NCBI GenBank assembly: GCA_001775955.1
Contig: MEZD01000001.1
Coordinates: 18,483 to 71,348 of the forward strand
Reading direction: 5' to 3'
DNA: 52,866 bases
DNA from: Candidatus Bathyarchaeota archaeon RBG_13_38_9
Lineage (GTDB): Archaea > Thermoproteota > Bathyarchaeia > 40CM-2-53-6 > RBG-13-38-9
The notes beneath the pieces were generated by a model, which ran no database searches, was not told the origin of the DNA, and saw only the letters and a list, made by a program, of their open reading frames with translations. The position numbers and the translations under genes were made by a program. Shown here piece after piece: positions 35,058-44,552 of the stretch (positions within the stretch are counted from its first letter, which is position 1; the number at the start of each line of letters is the position of its first letter).

Positions 35058-36668
35058 ATGTCTGAGCAAAACAAAGTTTCAAAGCAAAATAAAGTTTCAA
35101 GACGAGGATTCATGAAGACTGCAGCGACAGGTATTGTCGGTCTAGCAGTTGGTGCTGGAATAGGGTATAGTGCTGGATCGTCAATGGTTCCAGGAGGAGG
35201 CCCAGGTGCAACTGTTACCGTAACCGGGCCAGGATCTGCGGATTTTCCATTCAATCTGCCAAGAGAGGGATCAACAGTCGCAGAGAGAGCAATAAACGCG
35301 GCTAAGAGTTTGTTGGAGCAACACCCTGAATGGAAAGGTACAGAGCTGGTTTTAGCTTGCGTCGGAGGATACGAACCTGGTTTCAACGCCATGAAAAAAA
35401 GGTGGGAAAGCGAAACAGGTCTAAAAGTAACGGTCGCAACAACACCTATCCCAGAATTCTTTGAAAAGATGATGATTGAAGCAGTTAGTAAAACTGGAAA
35501 TATAGATTTGATTAACGCACAGACTATGTTTCTTTCAGACCTTGCTGAAGCAAGATTACTCTATGATTTAGGCGATGCAGCAATGTGGATAGATATAAGG
35601 GAACACGGTAGACCAGACGGATACATCTATCCTCTTGACTACTCTATACCATATTATAAAGGAAATCTTTACGGATTCCTCCAAGATGGAGACGTACAGC
35701 TTCTGTACTACCGGACAGACTACTTCGAAGACCCAAAAGAGAAAGACGACTTTGAGAGCCAATATGGCTACACTCTAGAACCTCCAAAGACTATGTTTGA
35801 ATATCGAGATATATCCGAATTCTTCACCAGACCCCCAGATCTATATGGCACCGCTGAATTTAGAGAACTAACACGAAACTCATTCACTTATTATCTCTAT
35901 GTTACTGCAAAAAAGTGGCCAAACTGGTACTACTTCGATGACAACATGAAACCACAGCTGACTGTGAGAGAGGCAATTGAAGGTGGAGAATTATATGTAG
36001 AGAATCTAAAGAATATGCCTCCAAATCAGGCTGAGTTAACAGGCCTCTCATCCATCCAAGCATTTGGTGAAGGAAAAGTCGTTCTTTGTATAGGTGCACC
36101 TTCTACTGCACGTGTAGCAGAAGACCCACAAGCAGTATCTAGAGGAAAATGGAATACATATCCCATTCCCGGATATCGGATAGCTGGACCTGACGGAAAA
36201 GAAGTACTTAACAGGAGAAGTGTCAACTTAGCAAGTTGGAGCATTTGTGTCAGTAATTATAGTAGAAAGAAGGAACTTGGAGTCTGCTTGGCAAGTTTCT
36301 TTTCTGACCCAGATGTACTAGTAGACGCCATGATAGCACCAGGGACTTGGCATGATCCTACAAGGTATAGTCATGTTGGCCCTAATGCCCCAGCAAGACT
36401 GAAAGACGTAAGGGGCCCTGTGTTGAATGCTTTCCTAGATAACGCGGAGATATTGGCTCCTATGCTTGCAGGTATTAGAGGCTCTACCGAATACAACACC
36501 ACCCTAAGTAAAAACTTACATGCGGCACAAGTTGGCTCAATGGACATTATGACTGCCTTACAAGCCACAGAACAACAATGGGAAGAGATCACAGACCGTC
36601 TAGGTAGAGATCTACAGATCGAAGGATGGGAAGAAATCAAAAAGTTCTATCCAACAATTACAATATAG
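35058..36668 (+). CDS. Large extracellular solute-binding protein (family-1/sugar type) with a Tat-like signal.
   Basis: SRRGFMKTAATGIVGLAVGAG signal. It is divergent from the two permease genes. The 536-aa length is large for this family. Confidence 0.75.
   Translation: MSEQNKVSKQNKVSRRGFMKTAATGIVGLAVGAGIGYSAGSSMVPGGGPGATVTVTGPGSADFPFNLPREGSTVAERAINAAKSLLEQHPEWKGTELVLACVGGYEPGFNAMKKRWESETGLKVTVATTPIPEFFEKMMIEAVSKTGNIDLINAQTMFLSDLAEARLLYDLGDAAMWIDIREHGRPDGYIYPLDYSIPYYKGNLYGFLQDGDVQLLYYRTDYFEDPKEKDDFESQYGYTLEPPKTMFEYRDISEFFTRPPDLYGTAEFRELTRNSFTYYLYVTAKKWPNWYYFDDNMKPQLTVREAIEGGELYVENLKNMPPNQAELTGLSSIQAFGEGKVVLCIGAPSTARVAEDPQAVSRGKWNTYPIPGYRIAGPDGKEVLNRRSVNLASWSICVSNYSRKKELGVCLASFFSDPDVLVDAMIAPGTWHDPTRYSHVGPNAPARLKDVRGPVLNAFLDNAEILAPMLAGIRGSTEYNTTLSKNLHAAQVGSMDIMTALQATEQQWEEITDRLGRDLQIEGWEEIKKFYPTITI
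35067..35102 (+). repeat. 18-bp imperfect tandem duplication inside the signal-peptide n-region.
   Basis: CAAAACAAAGTTTCAAAG / CAAAATAAAGTTTCAAGA (15/18 identical) encodes QNKVSKQNKVS. Confidence 0.7.
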
Positions 36669-36727
36669 CCAAGGAAGAAATCTGAAAAACTTTTCTTTTT
36701 CCCTTTTTTTATTCAAGCGGGCGCACT

Positions 36728-37654
36728 TTAAGTAATCTTTTCGCCTGCTAGCCTTAATATCTTCTTATAATGTTTTTCAGTATCTTTCTTTATCTCTTCA
36801 ACCTCATTCTTCCATTCAGGTTTCATTAGATGTTGGAATCTTCCTTGAAGCTTGAAATATTCTTCAATTGGTAATAGTCTTCCTAGCTTCATGCTCATCT
36901 TGTAAATTCCATCATTAACTTCGTATATTGGAAATAATCCTGTCAGTACAGCCATTTTAGCCAATTTTACTGTTTCGGTGGGATTTGAACGCCAACCGAG
37001 AGGACAGGGTGCGATAACGTGTACGACTGCTGGTCCGTCAACCTCTATTGCTTTCTTCATTTTATCAATATAATCGCTGAAGAAACCTATTGAAGCGGTT
37101 GCGGCGTAACTTATTCCGTGTGCAGCACATATTCCTATAAAGTCTTTTTTCTTGCCTCTTTTGCCCGGAATTACTTTTCCTGCTGGGCTTGTAGTTGTTG
37201 CAGCACCTCTTGGTGTTGCTCCGGAACGTTGTATTCCAGTGTTCATGTAGGCTTCATTATCATAACATAAGTAGACAATGTCGTGACCTCTCTCAAGCAT
37301 CCCTGAAATAGCTTGGATGCCAATATCAAAGGTGCCACCATCACCTCCCACTGCGATTATATCGACTTTTCCTTTTCGTTTACCTTTTTCTTCTAATGAT
37401 TGATATGCAGCTTCAAGACCGCTTGCCACAGCAGCTTGATTTTCAAATAGTGCGTGTACCCAAGGAATTCTCCAGGCCGTGTATGGGAAGATAGTGGTTG
37501 AAACCTCGACACAGCCGGTAGCGTTAACAACTGCAATTGGTCCTCTTGCGGCTTTAAGTGCCATTCTTATAGAAATGGAGGGCCCACATCCAGCACAGAG
37601 TCTATGTCCTGGTGCATACAATTCTTCTGTTGAAAGATTTTTTAGAACTACCAT
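36728..37654 (-). CDS. porB: Pyruvate/2-oxoacid:ferredoxin oxidoreductase beta subunit.
   Basis: LCAGCGPS N-terminus and TPP motif GGDGGTFDIG. A TAATG overlap links it to the alpha subunit gene. Confidence 0.9.
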   Translation of the reverse strand: MVVLKNLSTEELYAPGHRLCAGCGPSISIRMALKAARGPIAVVNATGCVEVSTTIFPYTAWRIPWVHALFENQAAVASGLEAAYQSLEEKGKRKGKVDIIAVGGDGGTFDIGIQAISGMLERGHDIVYLCYDNEAYMNTGIQRSGATPRGAATTTSPAGKVIPGKRGKKKDFIGICAAHGISYAATASIGFFSDYIDKMKKAIEVDGPAVVHVIAPCPLGWRSNPTETVKLAKMAVLTGLFPIYEVNDGIYKMSMKLGRLLPIEEYFKLQGRFQHLMKPEWKNEVEEIKKDTEKHYKKILRLAGEKIT

Positions 37655-38940
37655 TATTCTCTCATATCCAGAAATTTAATTCTCTGTTTTACCTCTCCAG
37701 TTTTTGCTGTATGAAGAGATTCTTCGAAGACTTGTTGTATGGTTGTTGTAGGTATGTCTCGTCCTCCGAGTCCATATATCATGTTGAGTACTTTGACTTC
37801 GCTATCTCTATTCTGTAGGATTGATGAAATGTCACTACAAAGTGCTCCATAGGGAGCCCCGAAACTAATTGCTCGGTCCATAACGACTAAGACTTTCAGG
37901 TCTTTTATTATGGAGAATAATTCTTCTGTTGGGAAAGGCCTGTACATCCATAACTTTATCGCTCCGACTTTCTCACCGTTAGCTCTCAATTTCTTCGCGA
38001 CAGATCTAACACTACCACTTGTACTTCCCAGAGAGATTATCGCTACGTCAGCGTCATTCATCTCGTAGGCTTCAAAAAATCCATATTTTCTTCCAGTCAT
38101 TTCTCCGAACTCATTACCCACGTTTTTTACTACAGGTTTTGCGCTATTGATAGCTTCCTCTTGTTGACGTTTGAATTCATAATAATACTCTGGAAGTGCC
38201 ATGCCGCCGATTGATATTGGGGAATCATGATCCAGTTTATAGATTGGAGTTCTTGGAGGTAAGAATTTATTTATATCTTCATCAGCGATGCTCTTCATGC
38301 TCTCGGTCGAGTGTGAGATGAAAAAACCGTCAAGATTTACTGTTATTGGAAGTTGGACGTTCTTGTCTTCTGCTATTTTAAAACTTTGAATGGTTAGATC
38401 GTAGGCTTCCTGGGCATTCTCAGTATATAATTGGATCCAACCACAGTCCCTTGAGCCCATCATATCACTATGGTCACCATGTATGTTTATTGGTGCTGAT
38501 AGAGCTCTGTTGACAACAGCCATTACGATAGGGCATCTAAGGCCTGACGCCAAGTACAAGACCTCATGCATCAAAGCGAGACCTTGACTTGCACTTGATG
38601 TGAATACTCTTGCTCCACCAATACTTGCACCTACACAAGCTGACATCGCGGAGTGTTCTGATTCTACTGGCAGATACTTTGTGGATACTTCACCATTAGC
38701 AACATATTCACTGAATCTTTCCACAATTATTGTTTGAGGTGTGATTGGGTAGGCTGCGACGACATCTACATTGCTCTGTTTTGCTGCATATGCGACTGCT
38801 TCGTCACCATTATATGCACATCCTAACTGTGTGCAGACGGCTCCTCCTTCGATCGTTATGGTGCTTCCTTCACCAGAATATGGAATTATTCCTTCAATTG
38901 ATGATTCTACTTTTTTACGGGACATCTGTTGATTCCTCAA
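37654..38940 (-). CDS. porA: Pyruvate/2-oxoacid:ferredoxin oxidoreductase alpha subunit.
   Basis: GDEAVAYAAKQSNVDVVAAYPITPQT and the overall pattern. The N-terminus is about 30 aa longer than usual and overlaps the porD 3' end. Confidence 0.9.
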   Translation of the reverse strand: MRNQQMSRKKVESSIEGIIPYSGEGSTITIEGGAVCTQLGCAYNGDEAVAYAAKQSNVDVVAAYPITPQTIIVERFSEYVANGEVSTKYLPVESEHSAMSACVGASIGGARVFTSSASQGLALMHEVLYLASGLRCPIVMAVVNRALSAPINIHGDHSDMMGSRDCGWIQLYTENAQEAYDLTIQSFKIAEDKNVQLPITVNLDGFFISHSTESMKSIADEDINKFLPPRTPIYKLDHDSPISIGGMALPEYYYEFKRQQEEAINSAKPVVKNVGNEFGEMTGRKYGFFEAYEMNDADVAIISLGSTSGSVRSVAKKLRANGEKVGAIKLWMYRPFPTEELFSIIKDLKVLVVMDRAISFGAPYGALCSDISSILQNRDSEVKVLNMIYGLGGRDIPTTTIQQVFEESLHTAKTGEVKQRIKFLDMRE

Positions 38941-39253
38941 TCATTTCTATTGCATTTACTGGACATTCTGCTGCACATATGCCACAACCTTTGCAATGGT
39001 AGTAATCTACTTCAACACTTTCAATGTGTTTTTTATACGGTTTGGGTACTCTTTTTATTGATACGTCCGGACAGAAAATCCAACAAATAAAACATCTTAT
39101 GCATTTTTCTCCATCTATCTGGGGTTTCCTCTCGATTCTCCAGTCTCCGGTTTTATATTCAACTGATGAGCCTGGTTCGAACATTATGCCTGCAAACGGC
39201 ATCTCTCTCCAACTGAGTTTCATTCTTTTACTCAGAGGTTCTTTCTGATTCAT
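38915..39253 (-). CDS. porD: POR delta subunit (2x[4Fe-4S] ferredoxin-like).
   Basis: CIRCFICWIFCPD and CKGCGICAAECP motifs. Confidence 0.9.
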   Translation of the reverse strand: MNQKEPLSKRMKLSWREMPFAGIMFEPGSSVEYKTGDWRIERKPQIDGEKCIRCFICWIFCPDVSIKRVPKPYKKHIESVEVDYYHCKGCGICAAECPVNAIEMIEESTDVP

Positions 39254-39804
39254 TCAGCTATGACCCCCTTGCCACCTGTCTCCAATAACTTGAGGTTTTT
39301 TTCCAGTAATTGTCCTGCAAATCTTGATCTTACTGCTTCTTGTGCAGATTTCATTGAGATGATTTTGCTTGATTTAGTTAGCGCACCTAACATTACAGTA
39401 TTAAAGCCTCTAGAGCTTTCTAGAATTTTAAGAGAAATTCCTGTAGCATCAACACAGTAACTTGAAGGACCTTTAAGTCCTAATCTGTTTGTGATCTCCT
39501 TGGGAGACTTTTTCGAATTCACGATCAAGCTACCATCAGATTTTAGACCCTCACTCACATTAATAATAGGTAATAATGTTTCATCTAAAACAACAACAAG
39601 ATCTGGTTGGTAGATCTTACTATGAATCTCTATAGGTTTCTCTGAAATCCTAGTGAAACCTGCCATTGGTGCCCCCAATCTCTCTGGTCCAAACTCTGGA
39701 AAAGCCTGAATGTGTTTACCCTCTATCATTGCAGCCAAACCCAAAAGTCGACTCACAGTAATTACACCTTGACCTGCTCTGCCATGCCATCTAACTTCGA
39801 ACAT
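39250..39804 (-). CDS. porG: POR gamma subunit.
   Basis: MFEVRWHGRAGQGVIT... matches the GRGGQG-type gamma motif. A 4-nt overlap links it to porD. Confidence 0.9.
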   Translation of the reverse strand: MFEVRWHGRAGQGVITVSRLLGLAAMIEGKHIQAFPEFGPERLGAPMAGFTRISEKPIEIHSKIYQPDLVVVLDETLLPIINVSEGLKSDGSLIVNSKKSPKEITNRLGLKGPSSYCVDATGISLKILESSRGFNTVMLGALTKSSKIISMKSAQEAVRSRFAGQLLEKNLKLLETGGKGVIAE

Positions 39805-39914
39805 TTAGCCCATATCCTTAGAGCATATTCCTAGTTTCACGATAATTTGTGAAAGTGAGTTGGGAAATACACATATAGGTTTAGTGGTTAAAACCTAGGA
39901 CTTCATTCAAATTT

Positions 39915-40085
39915 TCAATCCTGAGACTCGAACTGGTCTTTTGGAGCTCCACATAAAGGGCAGACCCAATCATCAGGTATTTCTTCGAAAGGTGTTCCTG
40001 CTTTTATTTCCCCATCTTCATCTCCAACATCTGGATCGTAAACATATCCACAAAGTATACATTTGAATTTCTTGCTCAATTCCAT
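39915..40085 (-). CDS. Rubredoxin.
   Basis: Manual translation: [56 protein letters not shown]. It has the two canonical CxxCG knuckles and the DDW-x-CP motif. At 56 aa it is below the ORF-track cutoff. Confidence 0.9.
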   Translation of the reverse strand: MELSKKFKCILCGYVYDPDVGDEDGEIKAGTPFEEIPDDWVCPLCGAPKDQFESQD

Positions 40086-40221
40086 TACTCCTCAAGTATA
40101 CGGCTACCCAAAATATAACCTAAAGTTAAGTGTTGTTAAAAGAAACAAAGTGTGTTTGAATATTTTCTAAGAAATTGTGACTGAAAATCATCATATATAA
40201 CATCTTATCGAGAGCATAGTT

Positions 40222-41454
40222 ATGTCATCTTTGGAGATTACCAAGATAAAAAGACTGGTTGATAAAAAGATAGAACATCTATCTCAACGTATTAGAGAGA
40301 TAAGTCATACAATATATGAAAATCCAGAACTGGGTCTCTCTGAATTCAAAGCCGCTGATCTTCTTATAAAGGAACTTGAGAGTCATGGTTATTCGATTGA
40401 AAGGAATGTAGCGGGTCTGTCTACAGCATTTAAAGCATCTAAGGGTAATCTTGGAGAACCAACAGTCGGTTTGATCGCTGAGTATGATGCTTTGCCAGAT
40501 CTTGGCCACGCTTGTGGTCACAACATAATATCAGCAAGTGCAGTCGGAGCAGCAATGGGACTTGCTGATTTTCTTAACATTACTGGAGGGAGAGTTGTTG
40601 TTTTTGGTACACCGAATGAAGAAGGAGCCACAGCTGAAGGAGGAAAGCTGACCGATGTAGAGTCTCAGGTTAGAGGAAAGGTGAAGATGGTTGAGTCTGG
40701 TATCTTCAAAGATATAGACGCAGTTATGGAGATCCATCCATATGTTAAAACAACTCTTACCCCAGACTTTTTAGCATTAATTCCAGTCAAGATAAGTTTC
40801 ACTGGAAAGCCAGCTCACGCCGCGGCTGCTCCCGAGATGGGAGTAAATGCCTTAGAGGCGATAATTCTCACTTTTAACTCAATAAATTCACTAAGACAAC
40901 ACCTTCGAAGCGATACTCGCATTCATGGCATAATAACTGAAGGAGGAGAAGCCCCTAACATTGTTCCTGAGAAGACTTCTGCTCTTTTCTATTTGAGAGC
41001 TTCAGATAAGAAGTATCTAGAGGAGGTGCTTATGAAAGTGAAGAAATGTGCTGAAGGAGCATCGATTGCAACAGGCGCCATATTAGACTTTCATCCAAGC
41101 TCATATAGTCTTACGAACATGATAAACAACAAAACTCTCTGCAAATTTTTCGAGAAAAATTTGATTGAGTTAGGAATGGAAATCGATGAACTTGAAAGAC
41201 ATGAACATCTTGGATCCTCAGATATCGGTAATGTCAGCTATGTTGTCCCAGCAATACAGCCTTTGATAGCAGTGGGAGAAAAAGACATTGCTATCCACTC
41301 TCGTGAATTTGGGAAAGCAACTATTTCTAAGAAAGGTGACCAATCATTAATTTTAGCCACCAAAGCATTAGCTTTCACGTTTCTTGATCTTATGGTAGAT
41401 AAAGAGATTTTTCATAAGATCAAGATGGAACACAAAGCATCTTTTCAATTCTGA
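40222..41454 (+). CDS. M20-family metallohydrolase (amidohydrolase/AbgB-like peptidase M20D).
   Basis: EISHTIYENPELGLSEFKA, LPDLGHACGHN, GTPNEEG and the dimerisation-insert pattern. Confidence 0.8.
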   Translation: MSSLEITKIKRLVDKKIEHLSQRIREISHTIYENPELGLSEFKAADLLIKELESHGYSIERNVAGLSTAFKASKGNLGEPTVGLIAEYDALPDLGHACGHNIISASAVGAAMGLADFLNITGGRVVVFGTPNEEGATAEGGKLTDVESQVRGKVKMVESGIFKDIDAVMEIHPYVKTTLTPDFLALIPVKISFTGKPAHAAAAPEMGVNALEAIILTFNSINSLRQHLRSDTRIHGIITEGGEAPNIVPEKTSALFYLRASDKKYLEEVLMKVKKCAEGASIATGAILDFHPSSYSLTNMINNKTLCKFFEKNLIELGMEIDELERHEHLGSSDIGNVSYVVPAIQPLIAVGEKDIAIHSREFGKATISKKGDQSLILATKALAFTFLDLMVDKEIFHKIKMEHKASFQF

Positions 41455-41461
41455 CCAGTTA

Positions 41462-42640
41462 TCAAATAATATCTTTTATTGTTTGACTTATTCGTTCAAG
41501 AGCTTCTTTGATATTCTCTTTGGAATTTGCAAAAGAAAATCTGATCTTGCCTTCACCTTGGGGTCCAAATGCTATTCCCGGTACTACAGCAACTTTAGCT
41601 TTTCTCAATAATATTTGTGCAAGCTCCATTGACGATGAGTTAATTTTTTCAGTGTTTGGAAAAACATAGAAGGCCCCTTTGGGGGCAGTACAAGAGAATC
41701 CGTCGATGTTATTTAGCCCCCCAGTTATGATGCTACGTCTTTTTCTAAATTCTTCTACCATCTCCCTCACGCAATCCTGTGATCCTTTTAATGCAGCAAT
41801 TGCCGCTTTTTGAGCGATTGAGTTTGGGGACCAACCTGTGTGTTCACTCAAGGCACAAATTTTTCCTATTAGTTCACTATTTCCAGCGGCATAACCGACA
41901 CGCCAACCAGTCATAGCATAAGTTTTTGAAAAAGAGTTTATCGTTAGAGTGCGTTCTTTCATACCTGGTATACTTGCAAAGCTGGTGTGAGTAAAATCAC
42001 CATAAAGAAATTTCTCATAGACCTCATCTGAGATCACAAAAAGATCATTACTCTCTACAATTTGTGCAATTGAATTCATATCTTCTTTCGTTAATATTGA
42101 ACCCGTAGGATTCTGTGGCGAGTTTAGTAGAACCATTTTAGTCTTCTTATTGACTTGGCTCTTAAGGTCATTAAGGTCAGGTTTGAATTGCTGGTTTTCC
42201 ATTAATCTAACAGGTGCCACAACTCCACCCGCTAGGGTAACGTCGCCCCAATATTGAGGCAAGCAAGGTTCTGGAATTAGAACTTCGTCTCCGGGATCTA
42301 TTAGCGCTTGGAATGCGCAATATAGAGCATTGTATCCTCCCGAGAGAACACATATTTCATCTGAGGGATCGCTATCGATATCGTTATCGTTTTTAAGTTT
42401 CTTTGAGATAGCCTCTCTTAATTCGAAAAGACCTCCAGGAGGAGTATAATGAGTGAACCCTTCCTCCATTGCTGTCTTAGCTGCTTCTATGATATGTTTT
42501 GGTGTTGTAGCATCAGGCTCACCGACGTGTAAATGAATTACATCCTCACCCGAACGTTGAAGTTCGACAGCTTCGGCAAAAAATTTAGCAAATGCAGAAG
42601 GTTGGAGTTGTATTGATCTCTCTGATAGATTTTTAGTCAT
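41462..42640 (-). CDS. Class I/II PLP-dependent aminotransferase (aspartate aminotransferase-like).
   Basis: LNSPQNPTG, and NSFSKTYAMTGWRVGY containing the PLP-Lys. Confidence 0.9.
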   Translation of the reverse strand: MTKNLSERSIQLQPSAFAKFFAEAVELQRSGEDVIHLHVGEPDATTPKHIIEAAKTAMEEGFTHYTPPGGLFELREAISKKLKNDNDIDSDPSDEICVLSGGYNALYCAFQALIDPGDEVLIPEPCLPQYWGDVTLAGGVVAPVRLMENQQFKPDLNDLKSQVNKKTKMVLLNSPQNPTGSILTKEDMNSIAQIVESNDLFVISDEVYEKFLYGDFTHTSFASIPGMKERTLTINSFSKTYAMTGWRVGYAAGNSELIGKICALSEHTGWSPNSIAQKAAIAALKGSQDCVREMVEEFRKRRSIITGGLNNIDGFSCTAPKGAFYVFPNTEKINSSSMELAQILLRKAKVAVVPGIAFGPQGEGKIRFSFANSKENIKEALERISQTIKDII

Positions 42641-42849
42641 TTCTGTATCCTACATTGGTATATTGATATCTAGTGCGCGTTATTTGATTGTATAACTGGC
42701 GATCTTTCCAAACAATTTTCCTCGATGATTATTGTTTATATAATAAATTATAAAATGGTTCTTTTCATAATTTTTACACTGTTCAGAGCGGCTATGAGAT
42801 AACACATGTCATATATATTACATGATCAGAAGTTTCTTGGCGGCAAACT

Positions 42850-43221
42850 TTGTCAGTTCCATGTGAAATATCTGTCAAGACCGTTGCTCCTGCTATAAGA
42901 GCAGTTCTTGCTAAGAAACTTTTAGATGAGCATGACCTGAAGCAAGAAGAGGCAGCGGAATTCCTTGGAATTTCTCAGGCAGCTATTAGCAAATATATTA
43001 GTAAAGTCCGAGGCAAGGCTCTGGATTTGGATGAAGTAGATGAGATTCAAGTCTGGGCTGAGAAAGTTGCTGCTGATCTCGTTAGTGGAAAGATGTCTCG
43101 ACCTCAACTCGTGAGCGCGTTATGTCAAGCATGCAAACTAATTAGAGATAAGGGATTAATCTGTCCGTTGTGTTGGCAAAGAGATAGTGCTTTGAAAGAA
43201 TGTAGTCACTGTCTGACATGA
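42850..43221 (+). CDS. HTH transcriptional regulator with a C-terminal Cys cluster.
   Basis: HTH LKQEEAAEFLGISQAAISKYIS and C-terminal CQACK...CPLCW...CSHC. TTG start. Confidence 0.55.
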   Translation: MSVPCEISVKTVAPAIRAVLAKKLLDEHDLKQEEAAEFLGISQAAISKYISKVRGKALDLDEVDEIQVWAEKVAADLVSGKMSRPQLVSALCQACKLIRDKGLICPLCWQRDSALKECSHCLT

Positions 43222-43295
43222 AACTTTTAGATTGAATTCAATAGCGAATATTCTGTTTTTTATAGGATCGAGAATAATTGTTTTTTAAGAGAATT

Positions 43296-44348
43296 TTATG
43301 TAAATTTTAATTTACCATTTTTTAGAACTATTCTATTGTCCATTTTAACAGTTGGTGATCGAATTACAAAATCTTGGTGTAGATCTGCTTTGTTCAATCC
43401 GCCCATATGTGAATTGTCACCAATAGCTATGTGTATCGTTCCTCTCATCTTCTCGGCTTCGAGAAGGTTATCTCGTTTTGTCGCTTTTGGATTCGTGCCA
43501 ATTCCAAACTCAGCAAGACATCTTCTAGTGAGATAAGGATTAGCTTTACTTTTGGACTGGATAAGATTCATGAGAATTTTACGAACCTCTCCTCCTCCAA
43601 CTATTTTTACCAAGTTACCCGATTCGAAGATCAAACTCATGTTTCTTTTCAAATTTGGAAACCATCCAGCTTCTATGATTACAATTCCATTTGCGGTTCC
43701 TTCTACAGGAGCAATGTAAGCTTCACCGGCAGGAAGGTTTCCCGAATCGCCTCGTGAATTTAGAATTCCTGTATCGGATAAGCCCTTCCTTCCCTTAATG
43801 CTAAAAAAAAAATCTGTTCCCGTTTTAGTACCTATTCTTATCATTGATGTATTATTGAGAATTTTTGTAAGTCTCATTGTTTCAGATGCAATTCTTACGT
43901 AATCGGCCGTCATCGAACCGCCATCATAAAACATATTTTCTAAAACAGATGGCATGCTAGCAATTCTCACTCCCATCTTTGTAGCCGATTGTCTTGCATC
44001 AGTATGACTTATCGAGTAAGTAGTAATCGCTAGAATGACGTCACACTTTTTTAAATTAGTTTCAACAGTTTTTTCTGGTTCCGCGGAATTTCTACCAGTG
44101 GACGGATATATTTTAAAACCAGTTTTACATTTAGGAAATCTCCTTTTTGCAATATCTGCTATACTTTTTGCAAGGAGATTTCTCTTCAGCATATCATCCA
44201 GACTTTTAATATTTAGAGTTCTCCAATCATGAGAGCTAGGGGAATCAGTAATAATAAGCAATCTCTCCCCATTACGCAAACCCATATTCCGAACTAGTAT
44301 TTGTTGAACTCCATTATCGATCTTAGAAGTATTGATCATAGGCGACAT
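43296..44348 (-). CDS. M29-like aminopeptidase (aminopeptidase T/PepS superfamily).
   Basis: The C-terminal block EFGIGTNPKA...LLEAEKMRGTIHIAIGDN...DLHQDFV resembles the M29 metal-binding region. Confidence 0.65.
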   Translation of the reverse strand: MSPMINTSKIDNGVQQILVRNMGLRNGERLLIITDSPSSHDWRTLNIKSLDDMLKRNLLAKSIADIAKRRFPKCKTGFKIYPSTGRNSAEPEKTVETNLKKCDVILAITTYSISHTDARQSATKMGVRIASMPSVLENMFYDGGSMTADYVRIASETMRLTKILNNTSMIRIGTKTGTDFFFSIKGRKGLSDTGILNSRGDSGNLPAGEAYIAPVEGTANGIVIIEAGWFPNLKRNMSLIFESGNLVKIVGGGEVRKILMNLIQSKSKANPYLTRRCLAEFGIGTNPKATKRDNLLEAEKMRGTIHIAIGDNSHMGGLNKADLHQDFVIRSPTVKMDNRIVLKNGKLKFT

Positions 44349-44552
44349 TCATCTTTTAGTAAGACATGTGCTTATTATTTGAAAAAACATAACTCTTGTT
44401 ATTCAAGTCACTAGTTCTAGTTTAGATATTTGTCCGAAATCTTTGAATTTGAGCATTTTTGATATGAAATCAGGTTAGAAAACTTTAATTCAAGTCCGTT
44501 AAAGTCTACTGGAATATTTCAAACAGTAATTCGATAGAATGTTGATGATCAC

